The translations under genes and the position numbers were made by a program. Of a stretch of DNA of 64,000 nt, positions 23,168-36,106 are shown piece by piece. Source of the DNA: Chrysomallon squamiferum (Eukaryota; Animalia; Mollusca); contig CM022665.1 of assembly GCA_012295275.1 (NCBI GenBank), positions 49,042,001 through 49,106,000 of the forward strand. The letters run 5' to 3'. The number at the start of each line of letters is the position of its first letter. Positions within the stretch are counted from its first letter, which is position 1. Under the pieces are notes generated by a model that had not been told where the DNA came from, did not search any database, and saw nothing but the letters and a program-made list of their open reading frames with translations.

Positions 23168-24607
23168 ATGGCTGTGAGAAGAGTGGACGTGTTTGGAAGT
23201 CCGGGAGAAAAGAGAAGTCTGGAAGAAGACGAGGAAGTTAGTTTCGATGAATATAAATATCGCTGTTTTTGTGGAACTACCTTTCGCCGCGTCGGTTCTG
23301 TGAACTGGGAGGTGTTTGTCTGGTTGACGTCATTTCCTGCTGAACTACAGGAAGTCAAACATTTCCGAAATGACTGCACGTTTTGTAATTATTCAATGGA
23401 CATCGCAAGTGATAGTTCTTCTGGCTTTATTAAAGCGGAAGTACGTAAAACAAAGGGAGACAACGTCTTTACTCTGGAAGGAAAGAATCTGCAACATTTG
23501 TTAACTCTTCTCTCTGAACGGGAGAAAATTGAAACGAACGATGTTCTTGTTACTGACGAAAGAGAGGAGGAAAAACAGAGTGATAACGAGATTTGCACTA
23601 GAGAAGAAACTGAACACGAACAAAATAACACTGCCACCAGGCAACTGTCTACAGAATCAAAACAAACTGATCACGAATTATCTTCTTGTGAGAATGTTTC
23701 GGAGTCGAGACTTCGAGATGAAGACGTCGAGGAATGTGTTAAACCGTACACGTATAAAATGACGTCGCGGCCGCGTGGTGTTTGTATGATAATCAGCAAT
23801 GAAGACTTCTACAGCCTGTCGGACGCCAGCAGGCTGGAGAAACGCCACGGAGCGAAACAAGACGTTGAAAAGCTTTCCGCAATGTTCTCTCGACTCCACT
23901 TCGAGGTGGAGCTATTCACGAATCTCCGAGACAACGAGGTCGTCATGACGGCGAAGCACATGTCGCTCAAGGACCACTCAGCCTGTGACGCCTTTGTCTG
24001 CTGCATCTTGTCTCACGGAACTCAGGGCTCGGTGTTCGGCGTCAACCACGTCGCAGTGCCCATCAGCGAGGTCCTGTCTCAGTTCCGGTCCCGCGCGTGC
24101 CACACTCTAGCCGGTAAGCCGAAACTTTTCTTTATCCAGGCTTGTCAGGGTCTGGAGCCTCAGATGGGCGTGGCTGTCACTGACGCACCGTCAATGCCAC
24201 ACCCAGCCAAACTAGCGGCGGACGGGACTGACTTCCTGGTGGCGTACTCGACAGAACCAGGATACGTCGCGTTCAGACACAAGGAATCTGGTTCTTACTT
24301 CATTGACGCGCTAGTCAAAAATCTTGAAGGCTTGTCCGACTACAGCATTCACGACGTCATGGCCAAGGTCTGCAGCGACGTCTCCCAGCTCAACATCAAC
24401 AACGGCTTCAAGCAGGTGCCGCAGTTCACGTCCACTCTGACGAAGCAGCTGTTTTTATGTGGAAAGTCGGTGATCGTCGTTGATGATGACGAGTCCCGAT
24501 CGTCGCTGGAGGAAAACACGACATCATCGCCGTCCTTGCAACACGACGTTACACCTGACAAACAACATTCTGAGACAAAGAAGTCGCTAACGTGTGTCGT
24601 TTCATGA
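23168..24607 (+). CDS. Caspase (peptidase C14A, QACQG caspase-8-like catalytic domain), single-exon ORF, 479 aa
   Basis: YKMTSRPRGVCMIISN, CCILSHG (catalytic His), KPKLFFIQACQG (catalytic Cys), DFLVAYST, GSYFI, KQVPQFTSTLTKQL. Confidence 0.95.
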   Translation: MAVRRVDVFGSPGEKRSLEEDEEVSFDEYKYRCFCGTTFRRVGSVNWEVFVWLTSFPAELQEVKHFRNDCTFCNYSMDIASDSSSGFIKAEVRKTKGDNVFTLEGKNLQHLLTLLSEREKIETNDVLVTDEREEEKQSDNEICTREETEHEQNNTATRQLSTESKQTDHELSSCENVSESRLRDEDVEECVKPYTYKMTSRPRGVCMIISNEDFYSLSDASRLEKRHGAKQDVEKLSAMFSRLHFEVELFTNLRDNEVVMTAKHMSLKDHSACDAFVCCILSHGTQGSVFGVNHVAVPISEVLSQFRSRACHTLAGKPKLFFIQACQGLEPQMGVAVTDAPSMPHPAKLAADGTDFLVAYSTEPGYVAFRHKESGSYFIDALVKNLEGLSDYSIHDVMAKVCSDVSQLNINNGFKQVPQFTSTLTKQLFLCGKSVIVVDDDESRSSLEENTTSSPSLQHDVTPDKQHSETKKSLTCVVS

Positions 24608-24934
24608 CTGTTTGCTGTTTCGTTATGATTTTTGTTTTCTAACTGAAATTACACCAAGTGAGCCAAACAAACTGCTTTTATTTCACAATTAAATCATTCT
24701 TTCAGTAAAGCTTGAATTAATGTTTATTTTATTTTATTTTATTTTATTTTATTTCATTTCATTCATTCATCCATTAATTTTTGTTGTTGTTATTTTCGTG
24801 AGAAGATAACACCCGCTGATAAAAAAACAATATACATATTTAAAAAAAAAAATTATAATAAAATAAAATAAACATTGTTAACTGGTTCAATTTCATCCCT
24901 TTCACGGATTTAAACAATATTTTCGATCGGCAGC

Positions 24935-25007
24935 GGCCTCGTGGCCTAATGGATAAAGCGTCTGACTTCGAATCAGAACATTGCGAGTTCGAGTCTCGTC
25001 GGGGTCG
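24935..25007 (+). tRNA. tRNA-Arg(TCG), two substitutions (D stem, variable loop)
   Basis: ATAAAGCG and GAACATT variants of the consensus; may be impaired. Confidence 0.85.
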
Positions 25008-25280
25008 AATCATTATTTTAGAATTTTTAAATAATTATTTGTTGTTCTTTGTTGAGGCACTGATGTTTATGATTCAGTGTATTAAATTGTATATTAACCG
25101 TTTCATAATGTCACTATGGTAACCTGTAACAATTGTATAAACATATGTCGTTGTTCAGTTGTTTCTTCTTTTTTGCTTTTCTTTTAATTATATTTGTCTG
25201 CTATATATGTTTAGATATGTATGTGTTTGGATGTATGTTTATAACTGTATATGTATGCGTATATGTTTGTAAGACGCGCA

Positions 25281-25312
<32 letters not shown>

Positions 25313-25359
25313 TCTTGAATATATGACTCGGTGCAAACAATTGAAGCTATTTTTTATAC

Positions 25360-25432
25360 GGCCTCGTGGCCCAATGGATAAGGCGTCTGACTTCGAATCA
25401 GAAGATTGCGAGTTCGAGTCTCGTCGGGGTCA
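25360..25432 (+). tRNA. tRNA-Arg(TCG)
   Basis: Consensus with GCCC D-arm variant. Confidence 0.92.
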
Positions 25433-25792
25433 ATATTATTATTATTATTTATTTATTCTTATTGTTCAACATACGGGTCGAAGGATTTTTATTTACTTAT
25501 TTTTATATTTATTATTATTATTTTTTTTTAAATAATACACACATATTCTTTATGTTGTTGTTCATGATGATGCTGATGATGAAAATAACGAAGTCTGACA
25601 TTAGCAGCTTTTCCAAATGAGCAAATTAATCTATCCGCCAGTTAATAAAATAATAATACAAATAATAATAAAATAATAATAATAATAATAAAAAATGAAA
25701 ATTTTGAAAGAAAAGAAAGAAAAGATGAAAAAAGATAGAAAGAAAAAGATTCACTATTATTCATAAAGTCTCAGTTTAATTACCTAATATCC

Positions 25793-25865
25793 GGCCTCGT
25801 GGCCTAATGGATAAGGCGTCTGACTTCGAATCAGAAGATTGCGAGTTCGAGTCTCGTCGGGGTCG
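25793..25865 (+). tRNA. tRNA-Arg(TCG)
   Basis: Consensus 73-nt gene. Confidence 0.96.
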
Positions 25866-26021
25866 ATTATTAATTTTATTTTACATGTACAGTTGTTATA
25901 TGTTACACTTTATTGTTAACAAAGTCTGGTGTTCAGTGATAAAAACGTAAACAATAATTATATATTGGAGATTTAACAATTCATTTTTATAGTAAATACA
26001 CATGTTTTTGTCCAAACAGAT

Positions 26022-26930
26022 ATAGTAGTAGCAGCTGTAGAAGTAGTAGTAGAAGTAGTAGTAGTAGTAGAAGTAGTAGTAGTAGTAGCAGTAGTAGTAG
26101 TAGTAGTAGCAGCTGTAGAAAGTAGTAGTGGTAGTAGTAGTAGTAGTAGTAGTAGCTGTAGAAGTGGTAGTAGTAGTAGTGGTAGCTGTGTGGTAGTAGT
26201 AGTAGTAGCTGTGGGCTGTGAGTAGAAGCTGCCAGGAGTAGTGGTAGTAGAGTGGTGGTAGTGGTGGTAGTAGAGTGGTGGTGGTGGTAGTAGTGGTGGT
26301 AGTAGTAGTAGAGGCTGTGAGAGTGGTAGTGGTGGTGGAGAAGTGGTGGCAGTAGTAGTGGTGGTGGTGGTGGCAGCTGTGGAGAGTAGTGGTAGAGTAG
26401 TGGTGGTGGTGGTGGTAGTAGTGGTGGTGGTGGCTGTAAGTGGTGGTGGTGAAGTGGTGGTGGTAGAGTGAGTAGTGGTAGTGGTTAGGAAGTGAAATAA
26501 AGTGGTGGTAGTGGTAGTGGTGGTAGAAGTGGTAGAGTGGTGGTGGTGGTGGTGGTGGTAGTAGTGGTGGTGGTGGCTGTAAGAGTGGTGGTGGTAGAGT
26601 GGTAGTAGTGGTAGAAGCTGTAGAGTGGTAGTGGTAGAAGTGGTAGTGGTGGTGGCGGTTGTAGAAGTAGAAAATAGTAGTAGTGAAGTGGTAGAGTAGT
26701 AGTAGTGGTAGTAGTAGTGGTAGAAGAAGTAGTAGTGGTAGTAGTAGTGGTAGTGGTGTGGCTGTGGAGTAGTAAAGTGGTGAAGTAGTAGTAGTGGTGG
26801 TAGAAGTAGTAGTAGTGGTGAAGCTGTGAGAGTAGTGAGTAGTAGAGTAGTAGTGGTAGTAGCAGTTGTAGAAGTAGAAATAGTAGTAGTAGTAGAAGTA
26901 GTAGAAGTAGTAGTAGTAGTAGTAGCAGTT

Positions 26931-27003
<73 letters not shown>

Positions 27004-27014
27004 AAGTAGTAGTA

Positions 27015-27046
<32 letters not shown>
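26022..27046. repeat. ~1-kb compound (TAG/TGG)n trinucleotide repeat
   Basis: GTA/GTG triplets with recurring GCTGTAGAA punctuation. Confidence 0.95.
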
Positions 27047-28692
27047 GTGTTTAACTCTCTGTTTATGATATGTGTTCTGCACATAGTACAGTCAGATATC
27101 ATGGGGTCTAATGCGATAAGAGTTGAGGTTTTGTTTTTGTTTTTTTTATCATGATCTGCTTTCCTTATCATTTTTACTCAGTGAACTGCATCTGAACAGA
27201 CATGCTGTCTAAAACGTCACAACAAAAAGCTGAAACCATCAATTCTGAAAAGGAAAGCCGCGGTGTTCTGATGTTGTTTTTCTTTATTAATATTAAATTG
27301 AAAAATAAAACGAATTAACAACTTCTACAACCATAACAATAACAACTGCTGCTATTATTACTATACAATTACTAGTACTATTATTACTACTACTACAACT
27401 GTTTCTAGTAATATTACTATTGCTGCTATTACTATTATTACTACTAGTAGTACTATTATTACTGCTGCTGCTAATTCTACTACTACTATAGCAACAAATA
27501 CAGCACATAAATTAGTTTGTTCTCGAAACATAAACGACACGAAATATAAATAATAATAATAACAGCAGCAATAACAACAACAACAACAACAACAACAATA
27601 ATACTGTGTTATTATAGTATAGTAATAGTGGCAGTAGTAGTAGTAGTAGTAGTAGCAGCAGCAGCAGCAGGAACAGTATTATATTATAGTATAATGCATC
27701 AGATATTGTAAACTCAAAATAACGAAGTAAATAATATCTGTTTCTTGAAATTTTGTATTATATTTAGCGTTTTATTTTTTAATTTATTTAATTAATACTT
27801 TTTATTATTATTATTATTATTATTATAATTATTAATGATATACACAACTATTAATAAATAAAAATTGTGCGTACTTCAATTTTCCAGCTACTTCAGAAGT
27901 GACCTAATAACACGCATAAACAATAGCAGCTAAATTATTTCATACGTCTAACGCCAGTTTAGTAAATGTGTTCATGTTTGATGAAACATTCCTGATTTCG
28001 TCCTCAAACGCTGATAAAATTAATGTCCGATCATTATAGACATTAACTCTTGCACTGCCTAATATTATAATTATGTCATTATTTCCCATTTTTATTGAAA
28101 CAGTTCATTGTTTTAGACTCCTGTGACGAAAGTGAACAAATTCACAAGACACCGTGAAATAGTGTTTACTTTATGCCGTTCCAAGTTAAGTCTTTCAGAA
28201 ACTGTCATCGCTGAGTTATTTTATTTCCATCTAACACCTTTTCGTCGGTGAGTGTGCGCACAGCACAGGCTCAGGCCAGCGCCAAAAATAGCATACATGT
28301 AACGAAGGAGGAGAAGTTTTTTTTCATCTGACGGGGTCGTATTTTCCCGAAGTAACTAAATACGCTTACACCGCCTGCTGTAAATACCGAACTAGTTAAA
28401 CCAGCAGCTCGAATGACAAGTTTGTATTGTGTAAGAAAAACAAGAGGAGTAATTATTGGTGTGTGACGGAGACTGTTCCTGTGAGGAAATAACACAGACT
28501 GCACCAACAGTGGATACTTCAGTTAAAATAATCTGTGAATTTCCTGAAATATTACGTATCAGAAAAGGAGAAACTTAACGCGCTTTGCACCATTATTGTT
28601 ATTTCCTGTTACGTTTTTATTTCGGTGTAACAAGTAAAATATATTTGTTCGACTTGGATAGAATGTAGTGGTGCATCCCGCTTCACAGAGTT

Positions 28693-29743
28693 ATGCTGGT
28701 ATACTGGATTATTTGGTTTATTTTGTGGACCGCTGGCGGGAATCTTTCCACAGCTACTTTAGTAAATTTTGGTAAGTTGATAACCTGTACTTATATTTCA
28801 TTTGCATTGCAGGAAGTGCAACAGTCTGGCTCAGTTTCAGTGCATGCGCTGAGCGATAGTTTTTATCTTATTTTTAGTGTCAGGGGTCTGTCTCGGTGTA
28901 TTATGATTGCTACAAACTTAAGACCTGCAAGGAATACACAACTCGTTAGCTAGGTCAATGTTATTTCTGTGTGAACTCGGTAAAACCAACGTCTACACAA
29001 GCTGAGTACAAAGTTCGACGTAATCACAATACGTTTTTCTTCTGGGTCATTGTGTCTGATGTAGGACAGACAAGCCGACCTTTCGAGTGGTCAGAGTTGG
29101 GAAATGACATTATAATAATCTGTAATAAAGTTATAGCTAGCACGAGATGAATAAATACACAGCTAGCTGTAAGATGTAATTATAAATACTTAACCTTTGT
29201 CACCTATAAAGTTACAGAGTAATGCATCTATATCCTTCTCTTTAACTTGTTCCCAAACTCCAGTTCTAGAAATATTTCCTATTCTGACTTTAATCTTTGT
29301 ATGTACACAGTAAAAACAGCTGACAAAAAATGTAATAACTTAACTACTAAAATAGCGATTTTTTTAGTTTTTGTAAAACTATGTTAAGAGGGATTTTAAA
29401 TATAATATTGTTAATATTATTATTATTAAAAATGTAATATATCACATAGATATTGTTAAGAATGTAATATAAAATCATTATAAATATTAAGAACTTAATA
29501 TATAACATATATATTAAGGATGTAATATATAGATAGATAGACAGACAGATAGATATATATAGATATAGATAGATAGTTATAGATATAATACACAGTTACT
29601 GATGTTATTATTACAGACGATTTTCAACTATCATCATAGAAGTTAATAGATAAATAGATAGATATAGTTATAGATATAATACATAGTCACTGATGTTATT
29701 ATTACAGAAGATTGTCGACTACGGTCATGGAAGTTAACAGATC

Positions 29744-29795
<52 letters not shown>

Positions 29796-30076
29796 TTAGA
29801 TACAGATATAGATATATAGATAGCTAGATAGATACATACATACATACATACATACATACATACATAGATATAGATAAAATACATAGTCACTGATGTTATT
29901 ATTACAGAAGATTGCCAACTACGGTCATGGAAGTTAACAGGAGATCAGATAGATAGATAGATACATACATACATACATACATACATACATACATACATAG
30001 ATACAGATATAATACATAGTCACTGATGTTATTATTACAGAAGATTGCCGACTACGGTCATGGAAGTTAACAGATC

Positions 30077-30132
<56 letters not shown>

Positions 30133-30846
30133 TTAGATACAGATATAGATATATAGATAGCTAGATAGATATATACATACATACATACATACATACATAC
30201 GTAGATATAGATAAAATACATAGTCACTGATGTTATTATTACAGAAGATTGCCAACTACGGTCATGGAAGTTAACAGGAGATCAGATAGATAGATAGATA
30301 GATACATACATACATACATAGATACAGATATAATACATAGTCACTGATGTTATTATTACAGAAGATTGCCAACTACGGTCATGGAAGTTAACAGGAGATC
30401 AGATAGACATGTCACTATGCAGGAATGAGACGTCAAAGCCGAGTATTTCGTGTAGTACAGGACTCATCATTGCAGGCGACATTGTAGTTGGTGCTAAACC
30501 CAGACGTCCAGAATGTTTCCCTGCCAGACCCTCAGACAATCCAGCGTGCTGCAAACCTGAGTCGAATGACACGGTGTACAGTGGAAAGTGTCTGCTCAGT
30601 GCAAAGTCTGTGAGTGCGTATTACGCGAATGTGTTTGAGATGTTGTTGAATCAGTGCAGTGGGAAGACATCGTGTGAGATTTCCAGTACGTGGACGTTAC
30701 CGGTGATGAATTTAGTGTATTCAAACTATTCTAACAATGACTATTCATTCATTCAGTACAAGTGTGAGGAAGGTAAGTACAGGTTTATTTTTAAATTTTA
30801 TTATATTTTTATTTTATTTTTATTTTATTATTTTTTATTATTATAA

Positions 30847-30888
<42 letters not shown>

Positions 30889-33054
30889 GATTATTTATTA
30901 TTATGATTATTATTATCATTATTATTATTATTAATGAGTTATTAATAACAGTATGTGGCAGTAATATTTTTATTAACATGATTTTCCTTTTTGAACTGGC
31001 ATGTTTGCTACAACTGCTGCTGTTACTGTATTTCAGCCAAACTGAGTCTGGATATATGCAGAAATGTGGAAGTGCACGGAGAAGAGTTTTACTTGAAGCT
31101 GAATTCACAGACTGTGACAAACACCTACGACTCCGACTGTGCTTGTGATGTGGAAAACCTCGGCTCTGAGGAGACACAGGTTCAAATGACAGCACTGGAC
31201 ATCAGAATGTACGTCATCAACAATCTGGAAAACTGCTCTGGAGCAAAACTTTTCATAGAGGACAAACAGTTTGAAAACAACAACTGCACAGCAGTCGTGA
31301 ACAGAGTAATCTGGCGTGGGAGCATACCCCCTCAGAGTTCTGTCCCCTTGGTTCTTCGTCACATCACTGGAAGTGCCTTGCCCACATTCGTGTGGTTGAA
31401 AATAGCAGGTATGTACTGTCTTGATGTTTTGTAGGAAAACTTGTTACAGTTGTGTGACTAAATTTCAGTAGTCTTGACTTGCAGATTACACACAAATATG
31501 GACACACAGACACACACACACACACACACATATATTCTTCCACACAGACTCATATCTTTTAGTTTTTGATATGAACATTTATGCATGTTCATACTTACTT
31601 GTCTGTATCCAAAATGACCAATATACATGTAAGTATGTTAAACCGTATATCTTAAAATTATTTCAAAAAATTTAAAATAATTGATAAAGTTTTCAATTTT
31701 TACATTTTATTTATATTTTTATTTATATATTTTTTTTTGATTGATGTTCTTGTCAACAAGTGAAAAGAACAAACAAGGAAGAGAGAGAAATAATTTGAAA
31801 AGAGAGATAAAATTAAAATGTCTCTGTATCTCTCTCTCTCACTTCAGATTTATCTCTGTGTATCTGTGTCAGACATAAACATATGATTAGTTTGACTAAT
31901 GAAAGTGCTTTACATCTGACATTTTGAGAGGTCAGAGGTGAGATTGATGTGTGAACTGACATAAACTCAGTTTTCACAAACTCACTTTTGTAGATAAAAT
32001 GTGAAATTTTGTTTACAGAATGAATGAATGAATGTTTTGTGATAAAAATCTTGCACTCTCAGACAAATTAATCCTCTGCCAGTGAGTTAAAATGTTATAT
32101 TTACCAGTTTCTTCTTACCATTCTTTTCATGTCATACTTATCATATTACACTTACCATGTCATACTTATCATATTACACTTACCATTTCATACTTACCAT
32201 TATTATATTTATCATATCATACTTACCATTTTATATTTACCATTATACTCTTACAGTATCATACATGTTACATTTATATGATGCTTTATTCAACATGTTA
32301 TAGTTACCATGGCATATTTACCATGTTATTATTATACATGTATTGTCTGTAAACATACCTTGAACTTTGGTAATCCATGAGTAAGTTGGAACAGGAAAGA
32401 GGCTGAAATAGACTAGTTTATAAAAATAGTTTAATTCAAAAATAAAAATAATAATAATAATATAAAGAAGAAGAAGAAGAATTTAAAAAGTTAATCAGAT
32501 ATCTCACTTTGTCATTTTAATATTTTATTATCTTTTTGGAGATGAATAAAATTAACATGCATTTCCATTTATTTATTTTTCTTTTGTTTTCAAAACATAT
32601 TTGTTCTGCAAATGTCAAAGACAACACTTCAGATAACATAAATCCTAAATATACATATATAAAGCTTTTTTCTTCTTTTTTTTAAAAGGAATTTTATGGT
32701 ACATGTTAAATTAGTTATCAGCAGAAAATAGCTTATCTAGTCTGTGTATATCTGTGAACTGCATAAATATCACTATGGTAACAGGTGTCTGAGTTCAAAC
32801 TGTTAACAGTGTAAATAAAATTCATGACTCAGATTTCAAATATCTCTCTAGTATCCTAAATATTCTCTCTGTATTTGTTTTTGTTTTTATTTGTTAAAGT
32901 GCATCTGTGACATCAAATGGCCTGACTGTAATTTTTTAAATTTTTAAATTTTTTTAATGTGTTTATTTTTATAAAAACAGTTATTTACAAATGAAAATAA
33001 AATGTAGTAACAAAGTATGAGATTGCAGTTGACAGAGTTTAGTATTCATATCTG

Positions 33055-33092
<38 letters not shown>

Positions 33093-33477
33093 TCTGTCAT
33101 TGTGGAGTTACATGTTATAGAAATAAAATGTTTACATCAACTTTGTAATAGGTTAATGACAGAGCTGTAATATATGAAGAAAATAATGTTTATCCAGCCC
33201 TGTCTCATGCAGCACACTTCTCAAAACAGGTTGTCTCTGTCTACACTGTTAATTATTTCTGTGTTGTAAAATATGTGTCGATTTTACATTTGTAATGAAC
33301 TAGAATTTAGTTCAGAAAAGTGCAGGTAAAAAATATCATCCTTTAATAGGTAAAAGTTAACTTGTGTGTTAACATTTTCAGAATATTACCTAATGATTAT
33401 TAATATTAAAATAGTTTTGGGTGTTGTTAAACATATAATACTTCACACTTTTCTTTTTCCTTTCTTTATTCTACTTC

Positions 33478-33521
<44 letters not shown>

Positions 33522-35431
33522 GAATATATAAAATTCTATGATGAAGTGAAACAGTATGTCTACATTTGTGAATGTCACAGATTTTAATTTATTTAAAATT
33601 TTGCCCCATACAGTAAAATATTTTGCTAGAATTCTAGTGAAAATAAAGATCTTCTTATTTTAATATTAAATTGTTTATATTATAAAGAAAATAATAATTT
33701 CAAAGTAAACATAACAATAATTTAAAAAAAACGACAACAAGAAAAGCAATTTCAAAATAATATTTATTTGTTCATTTGATTAAAAGAAAGAAATATTTCT
33801 TAGAACATTTAAAGTGTTTTGTTATACAGTGAAACATGAAAAATAATTAATATTAATGTCTGTTTTCAGGAGAAGGTAACTCTACTCTGTCAGTGAACTG
33901 TAGAGGAGCTCATCATCCAGCTTCTGAAGGTAAACATAAATTTATTTTTAACATTTAGCAGACAGTCAATTGTTTTCTAAAAATTTACCTTAATAGTCTT
34001 ATGATGATTGAAGAAACCTCAGAAAAAAAAAATAAAATAAAATAAAATAAAATAATATAAAATAAATAATAAAATAAATAAATAATAAAACATAAATAAA
34101 TAATAAAAATATATATAAAATCATAATAATAATAAATACATTTTTTGTATTATTTATTTATTTATTTATTTTACATTTTAAACCTTTATTATATATGGCA
34201 GAACAGAAGAAAAGAAATTTTTATGATATTTTCCTGCAAAGTAAAGATTGTAAGATTGGCCTCGTGTTATATAAAACTAATAGCACAGAAGTTGGCATGA
34301 TTATTTTTATTCATTTATAAAGAAATAAAACATTTTTCTAGTCTAATTTTACTGTAAAAACTAAAGACTGTCATTTCTGAATCTGCTTTTTATTTATTAT
34401 CAGAACAAGTTTCACAAATTTTGTAGTTGCTGTTTTGTTTTAAAATTTAAACACTTCTTATTTAGAGTTGTTCATCTTCATTAATTCTATTTACACTTAG
34501 GAGTAAATTTCATAAATTGAACACACATGTTTTTTGTTTGTAAAAATTAAAATGTAAGAGGGTGTAATAATGTGTGTGTATTAATCTGTGTTTGTCTAGT
34601 ATCAGACTGACACCAGAGAATATACAGATCATGTTTTTTAATATCGCTAATCGTCTTGTTTGTTACCATTCAGTAAGTCACAGTCAGTAAGTCACTGTCA
34701 GTAAGTCACAGTCAGTAAGTCACAATCAGTAAGTCACTGTCAGTAAGTCACTGTCAGTAAGTCACATTCAGTAAGTCACAGTCAGTAAGTCACTGTCAGT
34801 AAGTCACAGTCAGTAAGTCACAGTCAGTAAGTCACAGTCAGTAGTGGAATAAGCTGTGTATTTTACATGCTGCTGTTGTTGTTGTTGTTTACACATGAAT
34901 GTTTTTTGTTTTGTTTTGTTCTACTGCAGCAGCCTCAGCCTTTCTCATTGGGATTGTTGTGACCTGTGTGACAACACTAGCTGTTATCATCATCATCGTA
35001 GTTGTCTGCATCTACAGATGGAGGTGAGTTGATGTCATAACAGTTAAAAATGATGGTAATAATAACAGTAATAATCATGATGGTGATGGGTAATAATAAG
35101 AGTAATAAAGATAAAGACAATGATACTAATTACAATAATAACAGTGACGATGATAATGATGAAATTAATGGTGATAATAAAATGTAATAATCTTCTGTGT
35201 AAAAAGTAAAACGAGAACATATAATATTAAATAATTTTATACAAAAATAGTAAACTCAGTTAACATTATATATATTACTGTTGTTTCGTTGTGGTTTTTC
35301 ATACAGTTTATATTTTTTTCTGTTTTTCCGACACTAGATTATATACATTTTGGTATTTTTCAGACATTTTATATATATATATATATATTTTATTTTTTAT
35401 TATTTAAGACATCAGTTTAAATGTTTTATAT

Positions 35432-35463
<32 letters not shown>

Positions 35464-35494
35464 TTTATTATTTAAGACATCAGTTTAAATGTTT

Positions 35495-35536
<42 letters not shown>

Positions 35537-35553
35537 CATCAGTTTAAATGTTT

Positions 35554-35585
<32 letters not shown>

Positions 35586-35675
35586 TTTATTATTTCAGAC
35601 ATCAGTTTAAATGTTTTATATTATATATATATATATATATATATTTTATTATTTCAGACATCAGTTTACATGTTT

Positions 35676-35707
<32 letters not shown>

Positions 35708-35987
35708 TTTATTTCAGACATCAGTTTAAATGTTTTATATTATATATATATATATATATATATTTTATTATTTCAGACATAGTTTATATATATATATATA
35801 TATATATTTTATTATTTCAGACACATCAGTTTAAATCAGTTTTGTTTTATATTATATATATATATATATATATATTATTATTTTTTTATTATATATATAA
35901 ATATATTTTATATATATATTTTTTTTTTTTTTTTCAGACATCAGTTTAAATGTTTTATATTATATATATATATTTTTTTTTTTTATT

Positions 35988-36033
<46 letters not shown>

Positions 36034-36074
36034 TTATATATATATATTTTTTTTTTCAGACATCAGTTTAAATG

Positions 36075-36106
<32 letters not shown>

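Noticed and set aside
25973-27171. Poly-Thr or poly-Leu mucin-like ORFs
   Set aside because: Translation of a trinucleotide repeat; no signal peptide or exon context.
35421-35949. Tyr/Ile/Phe-rich ORFs here and at 43999-44604 and 45316-45756
   Set aside because: Translations of (TA)n and (TTTA)n low-complexity DNA.
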